From: an uncultured Candidatus Sumerlaeota bacterium
GTDB taxonomy: Bacteria > CAYMEV01
DNA: 64,000 nucleotides
Direction of reading: 5' to 3'
Assembly: GCA_964389675.1 (NCBI GenBank)
Contig: CAYMEV010000003.1
Location: forward strand, 1-64,000
Positions within the stretch are counted from its first letter, which is position 1; each line of letters starts with the position of its first letter. Position numbers and translations under genes: made by a program. Of this stretch, positions 1 to 9,558 are shown piece by piece. The notes beneath the pieces are model-generated. The model was not told where the DNA came from. It did not search any database and saw only the letters and a program-made list of their open reading frames with translations.

Positions 1-145
1 TACATCAGGAATAATCACAGATGAATACAGAGTCAGGCTGGAATGGGTATTTTAGTTTTTTTATAATTTTATTCACAGCTATGTGTTTGAGGAAAGAGGG
101 ATTCTTAATAATTCACAGTTATTAATAATAGCTGTTTCAATGATT

Positions 146-919
146 CTACTCGATCAGCTTTTCTGCTCTAGTAGCAATATAAGGATCAATAAACCTGTCC
201 AGCAGGTCATCACCCTTGTCTTCATAGAAACCTGAGATGACAAAGCCAGCATCGAGCTGGCCTGCGATCTGGTCAGTAAGGCTGTGGCCAAATTCAAAGG
301 GTGTCTTTTTTTCTATGAATTCCTTCTTTTCCTTTTCTGTGAGTGAAACCAGGTCTGAGTAGGGAATTGAGTATTTCAGCTCATATCTGTTTATTTCTTC
401 TGCAGTCCTCCAGTCAAACATATAGATGATGGGGTTGCATAATCCCGAAAGGAGCCTGCCTCCATGTTTCAGCACGCGGTATGCCTCTTTCCATACAGGC
501 CTTATATCATCTATGAATACATTGGAAACAGGATGTATTATCAGGTCAAAGCAGGAATCGCAGAAAACAGACAGGTCCTGCATATTGCCTTTTATGGTGT
601 TTATATGGAGATTATACACTTTTGCTGTTTTTTTATCCTGTTTAAGCTGATATTCTGAATTGTCAAAGACTGTAACATCTGCTTCTGCTGAAGCAAGTAT
701 AGGGCCCTGCTGCCCTCCTCCTGAAGCTAAACAAAGGACCTTTTTTCCAGATACATTTCCCAGCCAGTCATCAGGAATTCTCTTATAAGGGGTCAGATGA
801 AGCCTCAGATTACCATTCCTTGCTTCATTTATATCCTGTTCTGAGGCAGGGACTGTCCACTGGTTACCATTGATCACCTCATTATCCCATGCAGTGCTGT
901 TATGTTTTAATATGTCCAT
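146..919 (-). CDS. Class I SAM-dependent methyltransferase
   Basis: Motif I VLCLASGGGQQ, post-motif FDLIIHP, RVLKHGGRL; AAGGAG RBS upstream. Confidence 0.9.
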   Translation of the reverse strand: MDILKHNSTAWDNEVINGNQWTVPASEQDINEARNGNLRLHLTPYKRIPDDWLGNVSGKKVLCLASGGGQQGPILASAEADVTVFDNSEYQLKQDKKTAKVYNLHINTIKGNMQDLSVFCDSCFDLIIHPVSNVFIDDIRPVWKEAYRVLKHGGRLLSGLCNPIIYMFDWRTAEEINRYELKYSIPYSDLVSLTEKEKKEFIEKKTPFEFGHSLTDQIAGQLDAGFVISGFYEDKGDDLLDRFIDPYIATRAEKLIE

Positions 920-1052
920 ATGATATATTCTCCTTAATTTAGCTTATTTACCTATATGCATTCCCATCTGTCAATTTAATACTGCCTTTATTAAATACAA
1001 CTGTTTTTTATTTAAGCAAACCTTTTTAAGTTTCCCTGAAACAAAAGAAAAA

Positions 1053-1082
1053 GAAGCAAAAGGGACGGTTCTTTTTGCGTCA
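1053..1082. repeat. REP-like hairpin, family copy 1 (GAAGCAAAA-GGGACGGTTCT-TTTTGCGTC)
   Basis: Near-identical to 26219-26247 and to the reverse complement of 26877-26907; stem with conserved 11-nt loop. Confidence 0.8.
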
Positions 1083-1214
1083 AAGGTCAATATATCCTAA
1101 AACGGAACAGCCAAAATAGGTTAGAAATAGCAGACATAATAAAAAGAGAAAAATTGTTGCAATCCTGAAACCCTGTTAATTCTCTCTGTGACCGATACGG
1201 ATTGCTCTATTATG

Positions 1215-1244
1215 AAAAGGGGACATTTCTATTTTGTTTTGACA
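1215..1244. mobile_element. Possible solitary IS terminal inverted repeat (IS1202/ISNCY-like, ending TGACA)
   Basis: AAAAGGGGACATTTCTATTTTGTTTTGACA resembles, from recall, ends of TGT-terminated IS elements; no transposase nearby. Confidence 0.35.
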
Positions 1245-1334
1245 GATTCCTTTATAATATTGATTTCAGTAAAATACTGGTATATAAAGCATTATAAAAA
1301 TATTTTATAAATAAAAATTATAAGGAGTCAATCA

Positions 1335-2045
1335 TTGAAAAGAATCGTTTTGCTTATTTTGATCCTTGGTCTTTCTGTATGTTTGTCTTCCGGGAGCCAG
1401 ATCTTCGGAGAGCCCTGCATAGAATCTGTCCAAAAAGCGGCGGAGAATGGCTTTGAACAGATGAAGGACAGCATGTTCAACCTCGGTTTCTGTTCTGAGG
1501 ATGAGTGGACTAATGCTGAGCTTGGTATGGGGTTTCCCATATATAAAATTAGCTATGAAATGGCAAATGAGAAATTAAATGATAAAAGCCACCTGTCTCT
1601 GTCTGATATAATTGAACCCTCAGGTGAATATTATTATATGATAATGACAGATAAAAAAGCTGTAGCCATGCTTTTTGTAGGTCTGATAAACGGGGAATGG
1701 AAGGTTGCAGGGATTGGCCATAATGGTATCGCTGTTGAGATGAACAATATCTTATCAGAGCTTGAGAAAAAGGGGGGATATACATTCCGTTTTATCAGGT
1801 TTCAAAGAGAAAACTGCGACATTCTGCAGATAAATTCAGAAAGCTGGATTATGGGAAAAGAGAATATGGCCAAAGAATATATTCCGCTATTATCAGCAAA
1901 GATTCTGATGGGTATATCAACTGATGCAAAAGAATATCCTGTAATTAATGAAAAGGATATAATTAATGCCTTTATAAAAGACACCCCTGATGAAATTGAT
2001 CCCTGTTCCGGTTCTGGTGATACTATGAAAGAGGAGAAAAACTGA
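1335..2045 (+). CDS. Secreted hypothetical protein, possible propeptide/inhibitor partner of the downstream protease
   Basis: TTG start with AAGGAG RBS; signal-peptide-like N-terminus; stop overlaps next start (TGATG). Confidence 0.75.
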   Translation: MKRIVLLILILGLSVCLSSGSQIFGEPCIESVQKAAENGFEQMKDSMFNLGFCSEDEWTNAELGMGFPIYKISYEMANEKLNDKSHLSLSDIIEPSGEYYYMIMTDKKAVAMLFVGLINGEWKVAGIGHNGIAVEMNNILSELEKKGGYTFRFIRFQRENCDILQINSESWIMGKENMAKEYIPLLSAKILMGISTDAKEYPVINEKDIINAFIKDTPDEIDPCSGSGDTMKEEKN

Positions 2046-2638
2046 TGAAGAAGATATATCCTGTATACATTATTATGGTTTTAGCCCTGAGTTTAATCTG
2101 CACAGAAATTACAGCTCAGGCCCAGATCTACAGCAGGTTTGTAGATGTAAATGTCATACCGCAGGAGATGTCCAACTGGTGCTGGGCAGCATCAACACAG
2201 GCCTTGATTCGCCAGCGGACAGGGATACTTATATCCCAGGAAATAATAGTAATCCTTGCAAAAGGGAGCGCTGTCAATGAAGCAGGCCTTCCGACAGAAG
2301 TCAAGGAAGTCTGCGGCCTCTTAGGCATTACTGTTTTTGCTGATATGTTCAGTCCTCAGCCCCCTGGCAGGACAGAAATAGTGAACTGGATCAATCAGAA
2401 CAAAAGCTTCATTCTATGGCGGAGCAACAGTGCTGGAATGAATCTAAGGTTTGATCCTGATGACTGGGAAATCCAGAGCACTAATCACTGCACTGTCGGA
2501 TTCGGTTACCTGATATACAGGTATTACCATAATCTCTACATTACTTGGGTTGCAATTGATGATCCTGCCCCGGGAAGAGGCAAAAGCTGGTATTCGCTTG
2601 ATGCGCTTCAAACGGGCTGGTTTGCGACTGTGCATTAG
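2045..2638 (+). CDS. Secreted papain-like cysteine protease (C39-like/AvrRpt2-like)
   Basis: Signal peptide; QEMSNWCWAA (oxyanion Gln, catalytic Cys), HCTVGFGY (His), DDP (Asp). Confidence 0.75.
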   Translation: MKKIYPVYIIMVLALSLICTEITAQAQIYSRFVDVNVIPQEMSNWCWAASTQALIRQRTGILISQEIIVILAKGSAVNEAGLPTEVKEVCGLLGITVFADMFSPQPPGRTEIVNWINQNKSFILWRSNSAGMNLRFDPDDWEIQSTNHCTVGFGYLIYRYYHNLYITWVAIDDPAPGRGKSWYSLDALQTGWFATVH

Positions 2639-2917
2639 ATAAGTCTTCTTATAATAATTGTTTTTTATAAAATTAAAGAATAAGACAATTTTAAGAAGGA
2701 TATGAAATTAAGCATATGATGAAAAAGCTGGTTATCTTTCTTCGCTATTCAATGATCTATAATCACAGGGAATGCTTTACCAGCACATGAGCATCGCCTT
2801 ACCTTTTCGGCAGGCATTTTATCCTGAAGCAGCAGAAAGCTGATAAAGGGATTAATAATACCGTGCGGGAGAATCATTGATGCCGGTAATGACCTGGCTT
2901 TAACATAGGAGGGGACA

Positions 2918-3727
2918 ATGTTTGATAAACTTGCAGGCTTTAGAAAGCAGAATATTGACTGCGTGCTCGTAACTGTTGTAGAAAAGGACGGGGAAGGCCC
3001 TGTCGAGATCGGCAAAAAAATGCTGGTGACGGCAAAAGGGGATGCATTTGGTACTGTCGGAGGTGGAGCTCTGGAATACCAGGCCAGAAAGATATGTAGC
3101 AGAGTGCTTGAGGAGAGAAAATCACGTCTTGAGAAATATGCTTTGACAGAAGGAAAGGTCTTTCCGGACAGGGAAGTGATAAATATGCCCTGCGGAGGGA
3201 CTGTATCTCTATTTTATGATTTTATAGGCACAAAGGCTGATGTATATATTTTTGGAGCCGGGCATGTAGGGCAGGCACTTTATCTGATACTCAGTACAAT
3301 GCCCTATCATATTACAGTAGTTGACCCGAGAAAAGAGGTTGTAGAAGCATTTGAGGGTAAAGAGCCTTTTCTTTGCGATTCTTTTGTCTCTTTTATCAGG
3401 GAAAAAGGGATACGGGAGCATAGCTTTGTAATTATTTGCACTCCATCGCATAAAGAAGATTACCATGTCATTAATGAGATCATAGAACAAAAGATCCCGG
3501 TTAACTATATGGGGATGCTTTGTTCTAAAACAAAGCTTAAGAAATATCTGGAATCCACCTATGAGAATTTTGGGAATGATATTGACCTAAGCAGCTTTTA
3601 TTCACCTATAGGGCTTGATATTGGAGGAGGTTCCCCGGAGGAGATTGCTGTCTCTATTGCAGCTGAGATGCTTGCTGTTCAGTATGGTAAAAAGGGACAT
3701 CTGCATATGCGCGGGGACTATATATGA
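2918..3727 (+). CDS. XdhC/CoxI family molybdoenzyme accessory protein
   Basis: GTVGGGALE, MPCGG, IFGAGHVG, SPIGLDIGGGSPEEIAVSIAAE motifs; GGAGG RBS. Confidence 0.9.
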   Translation: MFDKLAGFRKQNIDCVLVTVVEKDGEGPVEIGKKMLVTAKGDAFGTVGGGALEYQARKICSRVLEERKSRLEKYALTEGKVFPDREVINMPCGGTVSLFYDFIGTKADVYIFGAGHVGQALYLILSTMPYHITVVDPRKEVVEAFEGKEPFLCDSFVSFIREKGIREHSFVIICTPSHKEDYHVINEIIEQKIPVNYMGMLCSKTKLKKYLESTYENFGNDIDLSSFYSPIGLDIGGGSPEEIAVSIAAEMLAVQYGKKGHLHMRGDYI

Positions 3728-4185
3728 TCCATATATTGAGCGGACCGGTCAATTCGCTTAAAACGACCCGGTTAAAAAGCCTATACCGGGGTAAAGGCGA
3801 AGGTGTTATTTCATTGAAACGGATGGAAGGGAAAACTGTAGATTCATATCTGGCACAGCAGCTTTCTACAGGCATTCAAAAGATCCTGTTCATCAGGGAG
3901 GATCGAGTTCCAATAAATTACGAGTGCGGGGATAAAATTGGTCCTTATGTAATGAATAGTGCTACCCTGGAATGGATTGAGGGATTTATTAGAAAGGAAC
4001 TGAAAAATGACCGGCCCATTATCTTTATTGATGAAATCGGGAAACTGGAATTGGAAGGAAGGGGGTACCACAGAATTTTTCTTGAGGTTTCAGCAAAGGC
4101 CAGGGATCTATATTTCACGTGTCAGACCAGGTACAGAGAACAAATTATCTCAAAATATCAACTTAAAAGCATAGCCTTTTTATAA
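3724..4185 (+). CDS. Small P-loop NTPase (NTPase_1/DUF2478-like)
   Basis: Degenerate Walker A GPVNSLKT; Walker B IFIDEIGKLE; ATGA overlap with xdhC. Confidence 0.75.
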   Translation: MIHILSGPVNSLKTTRLKSLYRGKGEGVISLKRMEGKTVDSYLAQQLSTGIQKILFIREDRVPINYECGDKIGPYVMNSATLEWIEGFIRKELKNDRPIIFIDEIGKLELEGRGYHRIFLEVSAKARDLYFTCQTRYREQIISKYQLKSIAFL

Positions 4186-4398
4186 CCGGGTAATTTAATT
4201 ATAATATATATCTGAAAAACACTCCTCATGGCTGCAGAACACATAATGCAAATATTGCTGGCGAACATAAATCTGCTGACTGGCATAAAATGCACTTTTA
4301 TGGCTCTGAATGAACAGGTTCTGGATTTATCTTTATGAATACTTAAATTCCATTAATATATGTATATTCATAGAATTAGATAAGAGGGGAGTGATATT

Positions 4399-5142
4399 AT
4401 GGGGCAAGCCCCGGGAACCTGGTCTGAAAGCTACAATGTTAATGTATATGATGCTGATATAAATGGAAGGCTTAAAATCACGGCATTGTGCAATTATCTG
4501 CAGAACACGGCATGGCTTCATTACAGGGAAATTGAAAGAATAAATGGAGCGATGCTTATGGATAATCATATATGGGCAATGATCCGCCTTGAGGCTGAGA
4601 TCTACAGGACAGCATACTGGGGTGATAAGCTGACAGTCCTGACATGGTCCAGAAATGTAGGGAAAATGTCAGCTTTCAGGGATTATGAAGTATCTGACAG
4701 CACTGGTGAAAAAATTGCAGCTGCAACTACCACATGGGTAGTGATAGATCCTGTCACAAAAGAAATACAACCCTTAAAGAGTGTTTCTGATAAATGGCCT
4801 GAACAGATATTAAAAAGCGCCATAGGCAGGGATGCAGGCAAGGCAAAGGCAGTCCTGATCCCCACAGCTTCGGCTGAGTTTAAGGTTAAGTTCAGTGAGT
4901 TTGATGTCAATGGCCATGTTAATAATGTTTCCTTCATCGACTGGATGAATGAGAGCATATCAAAAGAGTATCTAGAGGCCCATGAAATTGAAAATTTGCG
5001 TGTAAACTTCCTGGAAGAAGTGGAATATAACGGCTATATCAAAGCAATTGCCGAAAAGAAAAACAGAAATTCCTTTGCCTGTTCCGTGATAAAGAAGGAA
5101 TGCGGAAAAGAAGCAGCCAGAGGATATTTTGCTTTCAGGTGA
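4399..5142 (+). CDS. Acyl-ACP thioesterase
   Basis: Double hot-dog pattern; DVNGHVNN catalytic motif. Confidence 0.9.
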   Translation: MGQAPGTWSESYNVNVYDADINGRLKITALCNYLQNTAWLHYREIERINGAMLMDNHIWAMIRLEAEIYRTAYWGDKLTVLTWSRNVGKMSAFRDYEVSDSTGEKIAAATTTWVVIDPVTKEIQPLKSVSDKWPEQILKSAIGRDAGKAKAVLIPTASAEFKVKFSEFDVNGHVNNVSFIDWMNESISKEYLEAHEIENLRVNFLEEVEYNGYIKAIAEKKNRNSFACSVIKKECGKEAARGYFAFR

Positions 5143-5193
5143 GATCACTGAACTGATTACAGTATTTGGAGTGTTTATGGTCGGGATAGATAA

Positions 5194-5868
5194 ATGAATG
5201 ATGAATCCTGGGTGTTTGGCCCTGATAAGATCTTTTTTGAAGATGATAATCTCAATATAGTTTCCCCTGTGGACATGGATGACTGGGTCATTACAAAATA
5301 CCGCAGACTAGTTATAGGATTCCGGGATTGTGATTATTATCTTGTAAGCAAGGAGAAGGGAGAAGACAGGCTGTATTATTATCTGCTAAAGCCATGGTCT
5401 GATAATAAAGGGGATATTCCGGGAAGGAAAATATCATATGATCAGGAATATGTGCTGGAGAGAGAAAAATACAGGAGACTCAGCCGTATCTATGGCGGTA
5501 TTGCCATTGCTCTGATCCCATTAATACCAGTTTTGGGTTTTCTATGGTCAAGGACCAAGTTGAGGCTGAATGATAGATTTGGATTTCATCCCCTCAGTGT
5601 AACGAATTTGAGCATTATTATAGAAGTGCTTTTAGGTCTGGGCTCCCTGGCCTTCTTTCTGATAATGTCATTAGGTATGTCTATAGGAGGCAGGCAGGTT
5701 TTATCGATTAAAGCAATGATCAGCCTGCCGATAATTGCATTTGTCTTCATACTGGATGCCATGATGCGTTATGGAAGGGCATTGCGGGGCATGATGGAGC
5801 AGTACGGCTTTTATGAATGGCTTTTCGGCCCTCTTCTTAATAAGGTTATAAAGGCTATATTCAGGTAG
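5194..5868 (+). CDS. Hypothetical membrane protein
   Basis: 224-aa ORF, soluble N-terminus and about three hydrophobic segments. Confidence 0.7.
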   Translation: MNDESWVFGPDKIFFEDDNLNIVSPVDMDDWVITKYRRLVIGFRDCDYYLVSKEKGEDRLYYYLLKPWSDNKGDIPGRKISYDQEYVLEREKYRRLSRIYGGIAIALIPLIPVLGFLWSRTKLRLNDRFGFHPLSVTNLSIIIEVLLGLGSLAFFLIMSLGMSIGGRQVLSIKAMISLPIIAFVFILDAMMRYGRALRGMMEQYGFYEWLFGPLLNKVIKAIFR

Positions 5869-5962
5869 CGTAATCATCTGTTTTTTATAACACTTAAGAT
5901 GAAATAATTCCTGTTTCCCGAGAAATACCAGATTTTGATCTGGCATTAATTTATCTAATAGA

Positions 5963-5990
5963 TTGACAAATATATGATACAAAATAACAT
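5963..5990 (+). promoter_or_regulatory. Putative sigma70 promoter of the ABC pair
   Basis: TTGACA (5963-5968), 16 nt, TAACAT (5985-5990); ATG at 5997 with no RBS. Confidence 0.4.
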
Positions 5991-5996
5991 AATACT

Positions 5997-7742
5997 ATGA
6001 AAGAAGTTAAAAAACATTCTTTATTAAGAAGGCTTATACCCTATTTTGCCTCGGAAAAGAGAAGACTTTTCCTTGGCATACTGGCTGGTATAGCAATTAC
6101 CGCTGCGCACCTTTGCCGTCCCCTGATATTAAGAAAGATCATTGATGTGGCTATTCCGTCATCCAATATCATGATGGCGGTTATCCTGGCCCTTGTGTTT
6201 ATAGGTGCCCTATGCCTTGGAGGGCTGATACAGTATTTCCAGGTAATAAACCTGGCCAAAATAGCACTGAATATAGTAACTGTATTAAAGAAGAAGGTTT
6301 TTGCACATATACTTTTTCTTGATATTGGCTTTTTTGACAGGAATCCTCCCGGGCGCCTTATGGCGAGGACGGAAAGTGATATTGAAAGGCTAAAGACTAT
6401 CTTTTCGCACTCAGCAATTATACTGATGCAGTCATTGCTGATGCTTATTGGAATAACAGCTATAATTATGTATGAAGAGCCCGCATTCGGCATAATGCTT
6501 GCTGTGCTCCTCCCGGTAATGGCTGTTGCTGTCTATTTCTACCTTTCTTATATAATGAAGATCTGGACAATAGTAAGGAGAAAGAACTCATTTTTGAGCG
6601 GTTATATTACTGAGTATATCCAGGCCGTGCCTATAATACAGCTTTTTGTGAAAAAGAAAGAAGCAGTTGATATGATAGTGAATCATTCTGTTGATAAAAT
6701 GAAGTATGAAAGAAAGGCCAATTTTGTAGATTATGTAATATTCTGGACATTTTTCCAGTTTGTCACAGAGACTGCAGCCCTTGCTGTTATCCTCTATGTA
6801 GGTATAACCAAGATCCTTAACGGTTCGATGAGCATTGGAAGCCTTATCATGTATACTGAATTTATGAGACAGCTTGCCATGCCCCTTAGAAACCTTATGC
6901 AGGTACTTTCACAGATACAGGCAAGTATGGCAGCCAGCAAAAGGGTCTTTGACATACTTGATACACCGCCGAGAGTCAGGGAAAACTCTGATAATGAATC
7001 TGTCCCGCACCTGGAGCATAAGATCGAATTCAGGAATATAGAATTTGCCTATGAAAGGGAGAATGTAATACGGGATATTTCAATTGATGTAAAAGCCGGC
7101 CAGCATATAGCCATAATAGGGCCATCCGGAAGCGGGAAAACGACAATTATAAATCTGCTTCTGAGGTTCTATGAGCTGGAGAAAGGGGATATTTTGATTG
7201 ATGGCGAAAATATAAAAAACTACAAGATCGAGAACCTCAGGAAGAATATAGGGCTGGTCCTCCAGGAGGTCTATCTCTTTCCGGGTACTATAATGGAAAA
7301 TATCAAGGCTTTCAACCCGGATATTTCTGATGATTCTGTTTTTGAAGCATCCAGAAGGCTTGGTGCTCATGACCTGATAATGAAAAAGAAGGATGGATAC
7401 AATACTGTTCTTGCGGAGGGAGGAAGCAATCTTTCAATGGGTGAGAGGCAGCTTATTTCATTCGTCCGGGCCCTGGTTAAGAATCCTGACCTGCTGATCC
7501 TTGATGAGGCTACTTCATCTGTGGATGTCATTACAGAGAATATGCTTCAGAAGGCTATGAAAAGCCTTATGGAGGGCAGGACTGCTATCATCATCGCTCA
7601 CAGGCTTTCAACCATAAAGAATGCAGATAAGATCATTGTCTTTAATAATGGAATGATAGAGGAGACGGGGAGGCATGAAGAACTGATAGAGAAGCATGGG
7701 CTTTATAATAAGCTTTACAGGATACAGGAGGTCAAGGGCTGA
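5997..7742 (+). CDS. ABC exporter, fused permease/ATPase (heterodimer subunit 1)
   Basis: TM domain; Walker A GPSGSGKT, signature LSMGERQ, Walker B LILDEATS. Confidence 0.95.
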   Translation: MKEVKKHSLLRRLIPYFASEKRRLFLGILAGIAITAAHLCRPLILRKIIDVAIPSSNIMMAVILALVFIGALCLGGLIQYFQVINLAKIALNIVTVLKKKVFAHILFLDIGFFDRNPPGRLMARTESDIERLKTIFSHSAIILMQSLLMLIGITAIIMYEEPAFGIMLAVLLPVMAVAVYFYLSYIMKIWTIVRRKNSFLSGYITEYIQAVPIIQLFVKKKEAVDMIVNHSVDKMKYERKANFVDYVIFWTFFQFVTETAALAVILYVGITKILNGSMSIGSLIMYTEFMRQLAMPLRNLMQVLSQIQASMAASKRVFDILDTPPRVRENSDNESVPHLEHKIEFRNIEFAYERENVIRDISIDVKAGQHIAIIGPSGSGKTTIINLLLRFYELEKGDILIDGENIKNYKIENLRKNIGLVLQEVYLFPGTIMENIKAFNPDISDDSVFEASRRLGAHDLIMKKKDGYNTVLAEGGSNLSMGERQLISFVRALVKNPDLLILDEATSSVDVITENMLQKAMKSLMEGRTAIIIAHRLSTIKNADKIIVFNNGMIEETGRHEELIEKHGLYNKLYRIQEVKG

Positions 7743-7746
7743 TCTT

Positions 7747-9528
7747 ATGAGGAAGGGAAAATCATACTATATTAAATGGGTTGTTTCTGTTTACAGGGAG
7801 CACCGCCTTTTTGTCCTTTTCCTGATCTTGATGACCGTCTTCACAACGGCTGTTACAACACTTTACCCACTGGTGTACAAGTATATCATTGATTCAATTG
7901 TCCAAAACCTGGATCTGTTTCACAGCGGTGACCTGTCACTTCAGGCTGCAATGGCTGAAAGGAAAAAGCTTATCCTCATACTTATCGCTTTCGGTATTGC
8001 CATGTCAATTACAAATGCATATCCTTTCCTGAGGGCCAAGCTTAACCTTATATTTGAAATAAGCCTAAGGAAGATCTATTTTAATAAAATACTAAACAAG
8101 AGCTACAGGTTTTTCCAGAAATACAGGACAGGTGATATTGCCACCAGGCTTACAGATGATATATCTACTCATCCCCCTGGAGTGTCCTGGTTTCTGTGCT
8201 CGGGAATATTCAGGGCATTTAACTCCGGCTGTATTATACTGTTCTGCCTTGTCAGCATGTGGATACTGAACCCGATGCTTACAATGCTTTCGATAATACC
8301 CATCCCCTTTATGATGTTTCTCTTTTTCAGGCTTGAATCTGTAATTGGGAGAAAATTCAGAATATTCAGAAAAAGTGTTTCAGAAACGAATGATTTCCTC
8401 GAATCAGCATTTTCCGGGGTAAAGATCATTAAATCATTCAACTCTGAAAGGTATCAGAAGGAGGCATTCGGGAAAATGCTTGAAAAAAGGAAAGGCATAG
8501 AAAGGGATGTACTGGCCATACAGGGCCTGTTCAGCATATATTTTGAATTCTTAAATTATCTCGGGCAGGTGTTTGTGCTTTTATTCGGGGGTATAATGGT
8601 AATAAGGGGTAATATATCCCTGGGTACCTATATAGCTTTTTATTCATATCTCGGGATAATTGTATGGCCCATTACGGATATACCGAATTTCTTTGTGATG
8701 GGGACACAGGCATGTGTTACCATAGACAGGCTTGAGGAAATCAGACAGTTCGAACCGGGATATACGGATGCTGATCCCAGAGGAAAGAAACTGGCCAAAC
8801 TGAGTGATATCAGTATCGAGAACCTGAGTTTTGAGTTCAAGCAAAGCAAAAGGTCAGATCAGAAGGATTTCAGGATACAGGATATAAACTTCAGCCTGAA
8901 AAAGGGAGAAAAGATAGCAATTGTAGGAAAGATCGGATCAGGCAAAACGACCCTGCTTAATCTTCTTACAGGAATATATGAGCCTGATTCCGGAGAAGTT
9001 AAGATAAATGACAGGCCGATACAGGAATATGACAAAGATACTTTCAGGAAGAGGATTGGCTATATTGAACAGCTTCCTGTGATTATAAGCGAGTCTGTAT
9101 TTACCAATATTGATTTCTGGAGAGACCTGGATGGTTCTATAATTTCAAAAGCTGCAAGAACTGCCCAGATCTATGATGAAATAGACAATTTGCCTGATAA
9201 ATTTTTAACTCAGCTTGGACAGAGGGGAATAGGGTTTTCAGGGGGCCAGAAGCAGAGGCTTTCTATCGCAAGGGCCCTGTCCGGGCACCCTGATATTATT
9301 ATCATGGATGATGTTACCAGCGCCATGGATGCAGAAAATGAAAAGAACTTCTGGAGGGAGCTTCTGGATAAGACGCCTGATATCACTACCATCGTGGTTA
9401 CGCACAGGATGTCAACAGCCAGGAAGGCTGACAGGATAATAGTCCTTAATGACGGATTGATCGAAGCTCAGGGAACGCATGAGGAGCTTATTGAGATAAG
9501 CCCCACATACAGAGAGCTGATCAAATAG
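7747..9528 (+). CDS. ABC exporter, fused permease/ATPase (heterodimer subunit 2, degenerate site)
   Basis: GKIGSGKT, FSGGQKQ, IIMDDVTS (Asp replaces the catalytic Glu); start moved to ATG 7747 just after the upstream stop. Confidence 0.93.
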   Translation: MRKGKSYYIKWVVSVYREHRLFVLFLILMTVFTTAVTTLYPLVYKYIIDSIVQNLDLFHSGDLSLQAAMAERKKLILILIAFGIAMSITNAYPFLRAKLNLIFEISLRKIYFNKILNKSYRFFQKYRTGDIATRLTDDISTHPPGVSWFLCSGIFRAFNSGCIILFCLVSMWILNPMLTMLSIIPIPFMMFLFFRLESVIGRKFRIFRKSVSETNDFLESAFSGVKIIKSFNSERYQKEAFGKMLEKRKGIERDVLAIQGLFSIYFEFLNYLGQVFVLLFGGIMVIRGNISLGTYIAFYSYLGIIVWPITDIPNFFVMGTQACVTIDRLEEIRQFEPGYTDADPRGKKLAKLSDISIENLSFEFKQSKRSDQKDFRIQDINFSLKKGEKIAIVGKIGSGKTTLLNLLTGIYEPDSGEVKINDRPIQEYDKDTFRKRIGYIEQLPVIISESVFTNIDFWRDLDGSIISKAARTAQIYDEIDNLPDKFLTQLGQRGIGFSGGQKQRLSIARALSGHPDIIIMDDVTSAMDAENEKNFWRELLDKTPDITTIVVTHRMSTARKADRIIVLNDGLIEAQGTHEELIEISPTYRELIK

Positions 9529-9531
9529 GAT

Positions 9532-9558
9532 AAGGCGGCCAAATAACCGCCTTTATTG
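9532..9558. terminator. Hairpin terminator between convergent genes
   Basis: AAGGCGG-CCAAATAA-CCGCCTT followed by T-rich sequence. Confidence 0.65.

Noticed and set aside
2640-2917. Moco riboswitch upstream of xdhC
   Set aside because: Conserved Moco/Wco motif elements were not recognisable by eye; cmscan would settle it.
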